Assembly (NCBI GenBank): GCA_032718475.1 | Contig: JAUCBJ010001241.1 | Coordinates: 1 to 64,000, forward strand | Origin: Nemertoderma westbladi | Taxonomy: Eukaryota; Animalia; Xenacoelomorpha | Direction of reading: 5' to 3' | Length of the DNA: 64,000 nt | Shown here: piece after piece, positions 11,805-23,218 of the stretch | How positions within the stretch are numbered: the first letter of the stretch is position 1 | Layout: each line of letters opens with the position of its first letter | The notes under the pieces: generated by a model | Databases searched by the model: none | What the model was told of the DNA's origin: nothing | What the model saw: the letters and a program-made list of their open reading frames with translations, nothing else | Program-made: the position numbers and the translations under genes

Positions 11805-12965
11805 ATTTTTTTTTGGGGGGGGGGGGGGGGGGGGGGGAGGAATTCATTCTATCCCCTAGGCTCACAAATGCATAATCCATGGAATACATTAAAAAAATAT
11901 ATAACTGCTATCTATTATATGATAATCTTAGCTATACCGAGCAGATTCAATATCGCAGTATTTGTTTCTTGAAAAGGTGTAATATTGTATTATTGTATAT
12001 CATATCTCATATCCACATTTTCCACGGTTGGAGTAGGGAGTATGCAGAGGTATTTAGTCCGGATTTCCGAAGATCAAATCCCATTTATAATAAGAGTAGC
12101 GATTGGATCCTACTCAAGGAGTTGACTAAAAGATTTGAACCCATCGAACTACTGTGGAGGCCCTGAGTAATGTTGTGGAATTTGATCCGGTTTAGAGTGA
12201 TTCATCATTTGGGGCAGAGATGGGCCTGAAGAGTGACAAGGATTATGTGGAGAGTGATCTATCTCCAGGGTTTGCTGAATAGCTTTTCCGAGCCATGCAA
12301 CAAGAGTCCAAACTTGCTCCCTGTTTGGATATGTTAATATCTGTTGGCATTGAATATGAAAGAAAATCCCAGGATTTCCACCACTTCCCGAATCTGGGAA
12401 GGTCAAGGTCAACACCATCTCCAACTTTGTCAATATCCTTAATATCGATGGTGCAACATTTTGGCAGATCAGCATTCGGTGCAGTTTGAATTGGTTCCAT
12501 ACTGTATGTTGTTGGTGAATTGTAGCAAGAAGATGATCAATACATTTATTACCTACAGTTTGTCACTCGAGGGCAGCAGCCCTGATTTTGGCCAGCAGAC
12601 ACTAAGAGGCGTTGTTTTGAACCGCGAGTTGCTCCTGAAACATAAGTGCATAAGTGTGGAGATGACGAATCCCCTATTCCATAGTTTCAGCATCGCTCTC
12701 AGAGACAGACTGCTGCGGGTCTGTGCGTAATTTCCTGTGAGATCGTCCACGCTACATGATGAACCAGAGACCCGAATACGGATACGAATACACACCACTC
12801 TGTCTGTACCGAACTGAACCGAATTGGATCGAAAACGTGGCAAACTTGATCACCAAACACCGAGGTGAAAAAGATTACTTTCTTCCCATATTATGTTAAA
12901 TTTAATATAATATTATTTAATCTAAATATACATACAATATTACAATGTTCTAGAGTAAATATACA

Positions 12966-14268
12966 TACACGAAGTGGGGCCTTCGCGCAGCACGTGACTT
13001 AAATTTAATTTAAGTACTAATTCGAAAGTATTACTGTATTAGCAAATTTTAAGCAGATTTCGCCTAATCACTTTTTACCTCTTTCATTTCTATTCAGACA
13101 TTTCTGACTCTAGCGGTATAGTGAGAACTGAAGATGGATTAGGGTCTCCAGCCCCACAAAGACACAGCCTATGGATGAATAGTACATACGTACATCGGCC
13201 AAGTTTCATCTTGAATAACGGATAACGAAATGAGAGACGGATCTCACTTTCAGAAATTTCGTCGTATAGCGGCAGACCGATTAAATCTCCCCCCCCCCCC
13301 CCCCCACAAAGACGCAGCATGTGGTCCAGAATATATGGCAAGATTCAGCTTAAACTGATTAAAATCAATGAGACGGGAGAATCTATTCACTTTCAGGCAT
13401 AAAGTAGTCCTATAGCGGGTGACTGTTGAACTGATTTTCAACAAAACAAATTTTCAACTTGGCAGCTTTAAATTCGACAAAGTTATAAGTATGTCAATAT
13501 CATAACGACGACAACGATTTCACTTTCAGACATTTGGCCCTCTAGCGGCAGACTGGAGAACTGCAGATGGATTCGCCTCCTTTGAAAGTCACAGCTAATG
13601 GTCTAATACATATCTGCCAAGTTTCAGCTTAAACGGATTAAAAGCAAAGAAATGGGAGGGCATTTAATGTTTAGACATGTGGCCCTCTAGCGGGAGACCA
13701 TTGCACTGATGGTGTCTGAAAGTCTCTCAAAAATCTCAACTTTAGCTCATATTGATACCTACAAATTTTCAACTTGGCAGCTTTAAATCCGACAAAGTTA
13801 TTAGCATGTCAAAATCGTAACGACGACAACGATTTCACTTTCAGACCTTTGGCCCTCTAGCGGCAGACTGGAGAACTGCAGATGGATTCGCCTCCTTTGA
13901 AAGTCACAGCTAATGGTCTAATACATATCTGCCAAGTTTCAGCTTAAACGGATTAAAAGCAAAGAAATGGGAGGGCATTTAATGTTTAGACATGTGGCCC
14001 TCTAGCGGGAGACCATTGCACTGATGGTGTCTGAAAGTCTCTCAAAAATCTCAACTTTTGCTCATATTGATGATACCTACAAATTTTCAACTTGGCAGCT
14101 TTAAATCCGACAAAGTTATTAGCATGTCAAAATCGTAACGACGACGACAACGACGACGACGACGACGACGACAACGACGACGACGACAACTATTTGCATA
14201 AATTGACCCACCCCCTAACAGTGTCAATTCGCTAAGGCTCCGCCAACTTCGTGGCTCGCCCCACAATA
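12966..14268 (-). mobile_element. Helentron-associated (HINE-like) element with internal ~315-bp tandem repeats and a (GTC)n microsatellite
   Basis: Minus-strand head GGGGCGAGCCACGAAGTTGGCGGAGCC; (ACG)n at 14138-14190; repeat units starting ~13448, 13762 and 14081; subterminal inverted CACGAAGT/ACTTCGTG at ~12968 and ~14246. Confidence 0.6.
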
Positions 14269-14492
14269 TTGCAATTCTAGAGTTAATATACGGAAATAAT
14301 AACCTGAAGCGAATAAAACTAAATAATCACTGATGCCGTTCCAGAAGCAAATTAACCTGTATAATTACCGAGGCCGCAGGCCGAGGTTATTATATTAGGT
14401 TAATTTGCTGAAGGATAAGGCAGAAGTGATTATTACAGTTTTATTCGCTGAATGTTTTTATTTCCGTATATCAACTTTAGAACATTACAATA
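14265..14492. repeat. Imperfect ~230-bp fold-back element with centre CCGAGGCCGCAGGCCGAGG
   Basis: The arms atatacggaaataa...gcgaataaaact...aatcact...gcaaattaacct pair with aggttaatttgc...agtgatt...agttttattcgc...ttatttccgtatat. Confidence 0.8.
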
Positions 14493-14898
14493 TACGATCT
14501 AAAAAAGTAATTATGGAGTTTAAAAATAATCCTAAAAATGGGTTAAAATCCTTTAAAAATATTTACCATATAATGACCATGGGATAATACATTTAATGTT
14601 AATAGCCCCCCGAAAACCCTGCCCACTCTCTGTATACATATTATATATGGACATATCTCTATATCTCATATCAAAGATAACTTTTAGTTTGAAATAAATG
14701 CATTGCAATTTTAACGTATTATTTCAACATTAGTTTTATTTATATTAATTTTAAGAACATTATATATTGAATTGAATTAAAATTTTAACTGAATCTTAGA
14801 AACTTTTTATTTGTATTGGCTCTCATATCAAATAAATATTAATTATTTAATAAAAAATGCCATCTCGAGCGCTTTAAAATACAAGTCTACAATCTATA

Positions 14899-15926
14899 CA
14901 CCATGTCCCAGAATATAGTGTCGTAATTCAGTGACACGCCCCCCCCCCCCCCCCCCCTAATTTTTCTACAAATCGTAATGAGATTGCATGAAATTTGAAA
15001 CAGAGATAGTTTCACCTCCCGACCACTGACTGGGTGAGCCAGAATTTTTATTTTTGCTTTCAATCTTTAGCTACATGCTTTTAAAATAGTGTCTCCAGCG
15101 ATATTTCACCAGTTACACCGCAGTTATTCTTCTACCTTATAGCTGTTTGTTGGTACCAATGAAAAGCTGGCCCTGCAAGGATTCCAAATATGTAACACAA
15201 TTTGAATTTCGTTGAAAAATAGTGAACTGTGATTATTAATACTGACAACATAACCCTGTCATTTTCAACGGCCTTCGGCCTAACATATCCAGTACTAGCT
15301 CAGCAGCCCACGGACGCGACGACGCGTACAATTCGCACACCGCACCGGTCGGGATTCACTACTGCCAACTCTAAGGGGATTCCGTCACATTATTCTATTA
15401 ATAAATAAACCATATTCTGGAACATTTTTTAAATGATGAATAGCTACGTAATAGTATGATTAAAGATGTAATGCATTGTTGCCCAGCTACGTATTTGGAT
15501 AAACAAAGTATTCCAAATTATGATGCATTTATTAAATATAATAAAATAGCCTCGCGCAGGTGCATAACCAAACCATGCAACATTTGAACGCCCATATCTC
15601 AGCTATTTTTCAACAAAATTCAAATTGTGTTACATATTTGAAATCCTTGCAGGGCCAGCTTTCCATTGGTACCAACAAACAGCTATAAGGTAGAAGAATA
15701 ACTGCGGTGTAACTGGTGTAATATCGCTGGAGACACTTTTTTTTAAACGCCTGTAACTAAAGATTGAAAGCAAAAATAAAAATTTTGGCTCACCCAGTCA
15801 GTAGTGGTCGGGAGGTGAAACTATCTCTGTTTCAAATTTCATGCAATCTCATTACGATTTGTAGAAAAATTAGGGGGGGGGGGGTCCGTGTCACTGAATT
15901 ACGACACTATATTCTGGTACATGGTC
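14899..15926. mobile_element. Tc1/mariner-type MITE with ~325-bp TIRs and a TA TSD
   Basis: TA|CACCATGTCCCAGAATATAGTGTCGTAATTCAGTGACAC ... GTGTCACTGAATTACGACACTATATTCTGGTACATGGTC|TA; the long arms 14899-~15222 and ~15603-15926 are near-complementary. Confidence 0.92.
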
Positions 15927-16338
15927 TATAGGTAGGAGGACCGAAACGCAACCATATTTTTGACAAATTAATTATTTTTGCCCTAGTTCTATCCCTGTAT
16001 ATCTGTAAAAGTGTAAAATGAATAATACAAAAAATAATAAACAATTTATGGAGATTTTATTAGCCATATGTTTTATGTAAATATCGTCCAGTGTCTCTTT
16101 GTGGCCATGATGTAATTTAAGCAATAATTCCAAGCACACATAACGCTGCAGTAATTATAAATTCAGTAATAAGCTGTAGAATACACTGTAGACTCGACAT
16201 CTTGCTGTGGCACTCAGCTGTATATAGAACACATGTTGTTATATATATAATCACACTGTATCTCTATAAAGACGTTATGTGTGCTTGTTAAACATATTGT
16301 ATCGCTCTACTACTATATAAAAAATACAGTACAATATT

Positions 16339-16961
16339 CAGGGGCGGCGCTAGAGCCCTGGAATATCTTAAATTTTATTTAATGTGTTGAAAGAGCATTG
16401 ACGTAGAAATGGTTTGCACATTGCACGTAATTTGTGCAAAATCCATGCACGCACTCAAAAGTTATGGCAAATTTAGTCTCTGCGCGACGTTCTCCAAAAT
16501 GCAATATCCATTATTGGTTTATGTTGTTAAGCGGCTCTCTAGTTACGTAAGAAATATTCGAGAACACTAAATTATTAAAGTTGAGTAAGGCAGCATCAGA
16601 GTTGAAGAGTACCGGTACAGTAATTTGAATTGCAGTAACTATGGAAGCAATATAGTAAAATAATATAGATCAATTTATTTTGTACTAATTTATATCGCTG
16701 TACGTTTTATTAAAGAATTAAAGCAACAAAAAAAAGTACCAATTTAAGAATAAACCTTGTTGATGCTCGGTAAAAAATTTCCTCGAGAATAGTGAAAAAA
16801 AGTTATACTTTTCCCATGTAATAAATAATTATATGAAACAGTAAATATATGTGAGTGGTCATAATTTTTTTTAGGGGAACCATTTTTGATTTTAGGGGCA
16901 CCCAGTCTTTTTCTTTCAGAGGAGGGGGGTGGGTTAGGAGCATATCCTAACGCCGGCACTG
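16339..16961. mobile_element. hAT-type MITE
   Basis: TIRs CAGGGGCGGCG / (rc)CAGTGCCGGCG; degenerate 8-bp TSD ACAATATT vs AGCATATT (6 of 8 match). Confidence 0.6.
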
Positions 16962-17029
16962 AGCATATTTTTGCCTAAAATTATCATTGTTCACGGAAAC
17001 CATTGTGACTCGAGTGGTGGGACATGTGT

Positions 17030-17200
17030 TGCCCGGAACTAGCACACTGAGGGACTCTCTTCCATTCCGTCCCCGACTCTCTACTAATTATTAGAGCGGA
17101 AGTGGTCAATAACTAACAAGGCTCCTGTCCTGTGCTCAAACTTTTACTATTTAAGAGTTCATCTACCACTCGTCGTCAACCAATCATTAGGCTAGAATTT
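17030..17200 (+). promoter_or_regulatory. Candidate PGD promoter region
   Basis: ETS/GABP-like CGGAAGTG at 17097-17104 in a locally GC-richer segment ~600 bp upstream of the ATG. An acceptor-like ttccttacgaactcAG just before caacATG suggests a 5'-UTR intron. Inference only. Confidence 0.35.
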
Positions 17201-17695
17201 ATGGGTTTAACCCAGCTGTTTTATATGAAATGCATTTAATTGGTTATTGCTTGGCTACCCTTGTAAACATACTGTATACTGCTGTTATTATGTTGCTATA
17301 TGAAGAATGGCCTGACAGTGAGGAATTGAGCCTAGGCCTACCATCAGTTCAACCACAGGTATACATACCGGCTACTGCTTCACGGTTATGCGGTACCTTA
17401 TTGCCTGCTTGCATTGAGGTGTGCTATGCCTACAGCCTAATATTACATTACACAGGTAGGTAGGTAGCTATTCTATAATGATCCAAATTTCACGGCCAGC
17501 GCCAGGCTTTGATATCTTATCTAATTATTGATTTGTTTACATTCTTTCATTCAGTTTGTTTACATTTATTAGAGTATCGACGGTATAGTTTTCTATAAAT
17601 TGTTATTTGGTTTCTTTACCTTTGTACATTATCACACGTGTCTATATTATACAGTAATATTGTAGTCGTTACTGTTTCCTTACGAACTCAGCAAC

Positions 17696-19177
17696 ATGAG
17701 TGAACAGGTAGCCGACATTGCTCTTATAGGGCTGGCTGTAATGGGCCAAAATATAATCCTAAACATGAACGACCATGGGTTCGTAGTCTGCGCCTACAAT
17801 CGCAGCACCGACAAGGTCACAGAGTTTATGAACGACCAAGCCAAGGGGACCCGAGTTGTACCGGCTTACTCCCTGGGCGAGATGGTAAGAAAGCTAAAGA
17901 AACCCCGAAGAGTTATGATGTTAGTGAAAGCCGGGCCTCCAGTCGATATGTTTATAGATAAACTCATCCCGTTGTTGGAAAGAGGAGATATAATCATTGA
18001 CGGAGGTAATACCGATTTTACTGATACGCAACGGCGGTGTAATTCGTTGAGAGAGGTTGGTTTACTGTATGTCGGTAGCGGTGTTAGTGGTGGGGAGGAG
18101 GGTGCGAGATACGGGCCGTCCATAATGCCGGGAGGTCATCCGGAAGCTTGGGCCCACATTAAACCGATATTCCAATCGATCGCCGCTAAGGTTGAGGGTG
18201 GAGTCCCGTGCTGCGATTGGGTGGGACAAGACGGGGCGGGACATTACGTTAAGATGGTTCACAACGGTATTGAGTACGGGGATATGCAGTTAATTGCTGA
18301 AGCGTATCACATCCTAAGGGATGCGGTGGGTCTGAATAGCCAGGAGATTAGCGAAGTTTTTACCGAGTGGAACAAAGGTGAGTTGGATTCATATCTGATA
18401 GAGATAACCGCAAATATTCTGAAGTTTAAAGACAGCGACGGGAAATATTTAGTGGATAAAATCCGGGATAGTGCGGGTCAGAAGGGGACAGGAAAGTGGA
18501 CGGCGATATCCTCGTTGGAGTTGGGAATACCGGTGACGTTGATAGGGGAGTCGGTATTCGCGCGGTGTCTGTCCGCGTTGAAGGATGAGCGAGTGATCGC
18601 GAGTGCACGGCTGAAGGGGCCGGGGGGCCAGTCAGGGGGCGAGGGGAGTCTGGGATTGGTTGGCACCGAACGCACCCAATTCATAGAGAACGTTCGACTG
18701 GCCCTCTACGCCTCCAAGATAATCTCCTACACGCAGGGCTATATGTTGCTAAGGGAGGCCGCCAATAGCAACCAATGGGACCTCAACTATGGAGGTGTTG
18801 CTCTCATGTGGCGAGGCGGCTGTATTATTCGCAGTATCTTCTTGGGACGAATCAAAGAGGCTTTCACAAACAACCCCAATCTCTCGTCATTACTCCTTGA
18901 CGATTTCTTCAAGGACGCGATCCACCGCTGCCAACCGTCTTGGCGTCGTGTCGTCTCTACCGCGTTCACCCATGGGATCCCGATCCCGTGTTTCTCTTCC
19001 GCTTTGTCTTTCTACGACGGATATCGCAGCGCTCGTCTTCCCGCCAACCTGATCCAGGCGCAGCGGGATTACTTCGGGGCCCATACGTACGAGTTGGATG
19101 CCCAACCGGGCCGCTTCCATCACACCAACTGGACGGGAACCGGGGGAACCACTGCATCATCAACCTACAACGCGTAG
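17696..19177 (+). CDS. PGD: 6-phosphogluconate dehydrogenase, decarboxylating (493 aa, CDS without introns)
   Basis: NADP-binding GLAVMG and YNRS, VSGGEEGARYGPSIMPGG, KMVHNGIEYGDMQ, signature IRDSAGQKGTGKWT, LPANLIQAQRDYFGAHTYE, and a metazoan-style C-terminus HTNWTGTGGTTASSTYNA. The ORF is intact. Confidence 0.98.
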   Translation: MSEQVADIALIGLAVMGQNIILNMNDHGFVVCAYNRSTDKVTEFMNDQAKGTRVVPAYSLGEMVRKLKKPRRVMMLVKAGPPVDMFIDKLIPLLERGDIIIDGGNTDFTDTQRRCNSLREVGLLYVGSGVSGGEEGARYGPSIMPGGHPEAWAHIKPIFQSIAAKVEGGVPCCDWVGQDGAGHYVKMVHNGIEYGDMQLIAEAYHILRDAVGLNSQEISEVFTEWNKGELDSYLIEITANILKFKDSDGKYLVDKIRDSAGQKGTGKWTAISSLELGIPVTLIGESVFARCLSALKDERVIASARLKGPGGQSGGEGSLGLVGTERTQFIENVRLALYASKIISYTQGYMLLREAANSNQWDLNYGGVALMWRGGCIIRSIFLGRIKEAFTNNPNLSSLLLDDFFKDAIHRCQPSWRRVVSTAFTHGIPIPCFSSALSFYDGYRSARLPANLIQAQRDYFGAHTYELDAQPGRFHHTNWTGTGGTTASSTYNA

Positions 19178-19475
19178 ACAATGTAATTAGCTGGAAATTA
19201 GCTCGATGTTTAGCTGTAGAAACTAATAATAGTTGCCGTTCAGGTTCTGCGGAAAATTAGAACCTGAAACATTTCACTTTTTGGTTTGATCATAAAAATA
19301 GTTATTATAGTTTAAATTATTGGGTTTTGTTCCTTACTATCTGATAAGTGTTATAGCAAACCATTTTTAAATAATGCATAATAATAATTATTAATAATTA
19401 TATAATAATAATAATTATTATTATTATTATAATAATAATAATTTTAATAATATGCAGATGTTTGTTTATTAGAAT

Positions 19476-19481
19476 ATTAAA
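19476..19481 (+). terminator. Candidate PGD polyadenylation signal (ATTAAA)
   Basis: Variant hexamer ~300 nt after the stop codon, just before the satellite. The background is AT-rich, so support is weak. Confidence 0.3.
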
Positions 19482-19602
19482 TTTATTAATTATTCTAGCA
19501 CTTTCTATGATTTCAGCATTAAGCATTCGGTTTAAACATTTCATTTAATAGAAATGATAATTGTAATCTTGTCGAATATTGTGATAAAATACCACACGCC
19601 TT

Positions 19603-20305
19603 AATACGTCATCCCTCACTAACGTAGTAACAATAAACTTATAGAACAAGTCATCCCTCACTAACTTAGTAACAATAAACTTATAGAACACGTCATCCCT
19701 CACTAATGTAGTAACAATAAACTTATAGAACACGTCATCTCTCACTAACGTAGTAACAATAAACTTATAGAATACGTCATCGCTCACTAACGTAGTAACA
19801 ATAAACTTATAGAACACGTCATCCCTCACTAACTTAGTAACAATAAACTTATAGAACACGTCATCGCTCACTAACGTAGTAACAATAAACTTATAGAACA
19901 CGTCATCCCTCACTAACGTAGTAACAATAAACTTATAGAACACGTCATCGCTCACTAACGTAGTAACAATATAAACTTATAGAACACGTCATCCCTCACT
20001 AACGTAGTAACAATAAACTTATAGAACACGTCATCCCTCACTAACGTAGTAACAATAAACTTATAGAACACGTCATCGCTCACTAACGTAGTAACAATAA
20101 ACTTATAGAACACGTCATCCCTCACTAACGTAGTAACAATAAACTTATAGAACACGTCATCCCTCACTAACGTAGTAACAATAAACTTATAGAACACGTC
20201 ATCCCTCACTAACGTAGTAACAATATAAACTTATAGAACACGTCATCCCTCACTAACTTAGTAACAATAAACTTATAGAACACGTCATCCCTCACTAACG
20301 TAGTA
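19603..20305. repeat. 42-bp tandem array, left block (~16 units)
   Basis: Unit CACGTCATCCCTCACTAACGTAGTAACAATAAACTTATAGAA. Confidence 0.97.
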
Positions 20306-21305
20306 CCGTAATTCGGGGTGACTTGATACAGTTTTTGCCTTTAACTGTGAATATCCTCTGAAGTTTTTATCCTACACAGATGGAATAAAAATACAATTTT
20401 ATAGTCGGGATGAGTACTACACCACTAGACTAAAGCACTATTTCAGGTGCTTAGTCTAGTGGTGTTTTTTTCGTAAAAACCAGCTGTATCAAGTCACCCC
20501 ACATAACGGGGTGACTTGATACACAAGCAAATTTTCCGCAATAATACCACTCTGTGAATGAGTTTGGATCATGTTGTAGGCTGTGGGGGTGACTTGATAC
20601 ATCTTGGAAATTTAAAAAAAAGAACGAAGTCCCCACCTAACGGGGATATAAAATTATGGCTGAAATTAAAAATAACTCCATTTTTTATGGCAAAATATTT
20701 CATATTTAACAAGTTAAATTGCACTTTAAAAACGAAAAAGACCTTCATTGTATAGTGTCATCCTGACACCAGTAAGTAAGACAAAACATTTTAGAAAAAA
20801 CTGCAAACTAAATCAATGAATTTAAGCACAAATTTTGCAAAATCAACGTTTAAGTCACAGGTATCAGAACATTTTCGCCTACATTATACCATATATATGT
20901 ATCAAGTCACCCCATTTTGAGACACACTTTCAAAAAACGGGCACTCCACCCCCAATTCATATGAAAATTTGTAAATTTTTTTAGGATCATAACATTCAAA
21001 CTCATCTATTAGCATCTGTAAAAATAATTTTTGAACAACATTAACCCAAAGTGTCAAAAATTCGACCTATATTTTGACTTTGAAAAAAAGTGAATTTTTG
21101 AACAATACATTCTTGGCTCTAGAGATCACAAATGCGAAGCAATGACAAAATTTATTTTACTATTTGATAGACAATTTATTCTGACATCTTCTAATATTTC
21201 AATTTTTATCATAACATCACGCAATCACCCACAATCCGTTAAAGAAAAAAAGTATAACTTGCTGTATCAAGTCACCTCAATGTATCAAGTCACCCCGAAT
21301 TACGG
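20306..21305. mobile_element. pogo/Tc1-mariner-type MITE (1000 bp) inserted into the 42-bp array
   Basis: Perfect 25-bp TIRs CCGTAATTCGGGGTGACTTGATACA; TA TSD (20304-05 and 21306-07) interrupting one monomer; subterminal GGGGTGACTTGATACA copies in both orientations (~20485, 20507, 20586, 20898, 21263). Confidence 0.95.
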
Positions 21306-23218
21306 TAACAATAAACTTATAGAACACGTCATCCCTCACTAACGTAGTAACAATAAACTTATAGAACACGTCATCCCTCACTAACGTAGTAACAATAAAC
21401 TTATAGAACACGTCATCGCTCACTAACGTAGTAACAATAAACTTATAGAACACGTCATCCCTCACTAACGTAGTAACAATAAACTTATAGAACACTTCAT
21501 CCCTCACTAACTTAGTAACAATAAACTTATAGAACACGTCATCTCTAACAGTCATCCCTCACTAACTTAGTAACAATAAACTTATAGAACACGTCATCCC
21601 TCACTATCGTAGTAACAATAAACTTATAGAACACGTCATCCCTCACTAACGTAGTAACAATAACCTTATAAAACACGTCATCCCTCACTAACGTAGTAAC
21701 AATAAACTTATAGAACACGTCATCCCTCACTAACGTAGTAACAATAAACTTATAGAACACGTCATCCCTCACTAACGTAGTAACAATAAACTTATAGAAC
21801 ACGTCATCCCTCACTAACGTAGTAACAATAAACTTATAGAACACGTCATCCCTCACTAACGTAGTAACAATAACCTTATAGAACACGTCATCCCTCACTA
21901 ACGTAGTAACAATAACCTTATAGAACACGTCATCCCTCACTAACGTAGTAACAATAACCTTATAGAACACGTCATCCCTCACTAACGTAATAACAATAAA
22001 CTTATAGAACACGTCATCCCTCACTAACGTAGTAACAATAACCTTATAGAACACGTCATCCCTCACTAACGTAGTAACAATAAACTTATAGAACACGTCA
22101 TCCCTCACTAACGTAGTAACAATAAACTTATAGAACACGTCATCCCTCACTAACTTAGTAACAATAAACTTATAGAACACGTCATCTCTAACAGTCATCC
22201 CTCACTAACTTAGTAACAATAAACTTATAGAACACGTCATCCCTCACTAACGTAGTAACAATAACCTTATAGAACACGTCATCCCTCACTAACGTAGTAA
22301 CAATAAACTTATAGAACACGTCATCCCTCACTAACTTAGTAACAATAAACTTATAGAACACGTAATCCCTCACTAACGTAGTAACAATAACCTTATAGAA
22401 CACGTCATCCCTCACTAACGTAGTAACAATAAACTTATAGAACACTTCATCCCTCACTAACTTAGTAACAATAAACTTATAGAACACGTCATCTCTAACA
22501 GTCATCCCTCACTAACTTAGTAACAATAAACTTATAGAACACGTCATCCCTCACTAACGTAGTAACAATAACCTTATAGAACACGTCATCCCTCACTAAC
22601 GTAGTAACAATAACCTTATAGAACACGTCATCCCTCACTAACGTAGTAACAATAAACTTATAGAACACGTCATCCCTCACTAACGTAGTAACAATAAACT
22701 TATAGAACACGTCATCCCTCACTAACGTAGTAACAATAAACTTATAGAACACGTCATCCCTCACTAACGTAGTAACAATAAACTTATAGAACACGTCATC
22801 CCTCACTAACGTAGTAACAATAACCTTATAGAACACGTCATCCCTCACTAACGTAGTAACAATAAACTTATAGAACACGTCATCCCTCACTAACGTAGTA
22901 ACAATAACCTTATAGAACACGTCATCCCTCACTAACGTAGTAACAATAAACTTATAGAACACGTCAACGCCCACTAACTTAGTAACAATAACCTTATAGA
23001 ACACGTCATCCCTCACTAACTTAGTAACAATAAACTTATAGAACACGTCATCCCTCACTAACGTAGTAACAATAAACTTATAGAATACGTCATCGCTCAC
23101 TAACGTAGTAACAATAAACTTATAGAACACGTCATCCCTCACTAACTTAGTAACAATAAACTTATAGAACACGTCATCCCTCACTATCGTAGTAACAATA
23201 AACTTATAGAAGACGTCT
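21306..23218. repeat. 42-bp tandem array, right block (~45 units)
   Basis: Same unit as the left block; the junction variant gtcatctctaacagtcatccc recurs at ~21538, 22181 and 22488. Confidence 0.97.

Noticed and set aside
17696-19177. PGD as a bacterial horizontal transfer or contaminant
   Set aside because: The sequence has eukaryote/metazoan-like features (PCCDWVG, NYGGVALMWRGGCIIRS, C-terminal SSTYNA) and is flanked by host TEs. A phylogeny would be decisive.
17866-19260. Overlapping and antisense ORFs within PGD
   Set aside because: Shadow ORFs of a GC-rich coding sequence, with no independent motifs.
19603-23218. 42-bp array as a CRISPR array or as repeat proteins (VRDDVFYKFIVTTL)n
   Set aside because: Units are head-to-tail with no unique spacers, there are no cas genes, and the context is eukaryotic. 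The ORFs arise only because 42 is a multiple of 3 and one frame lacks a stop.
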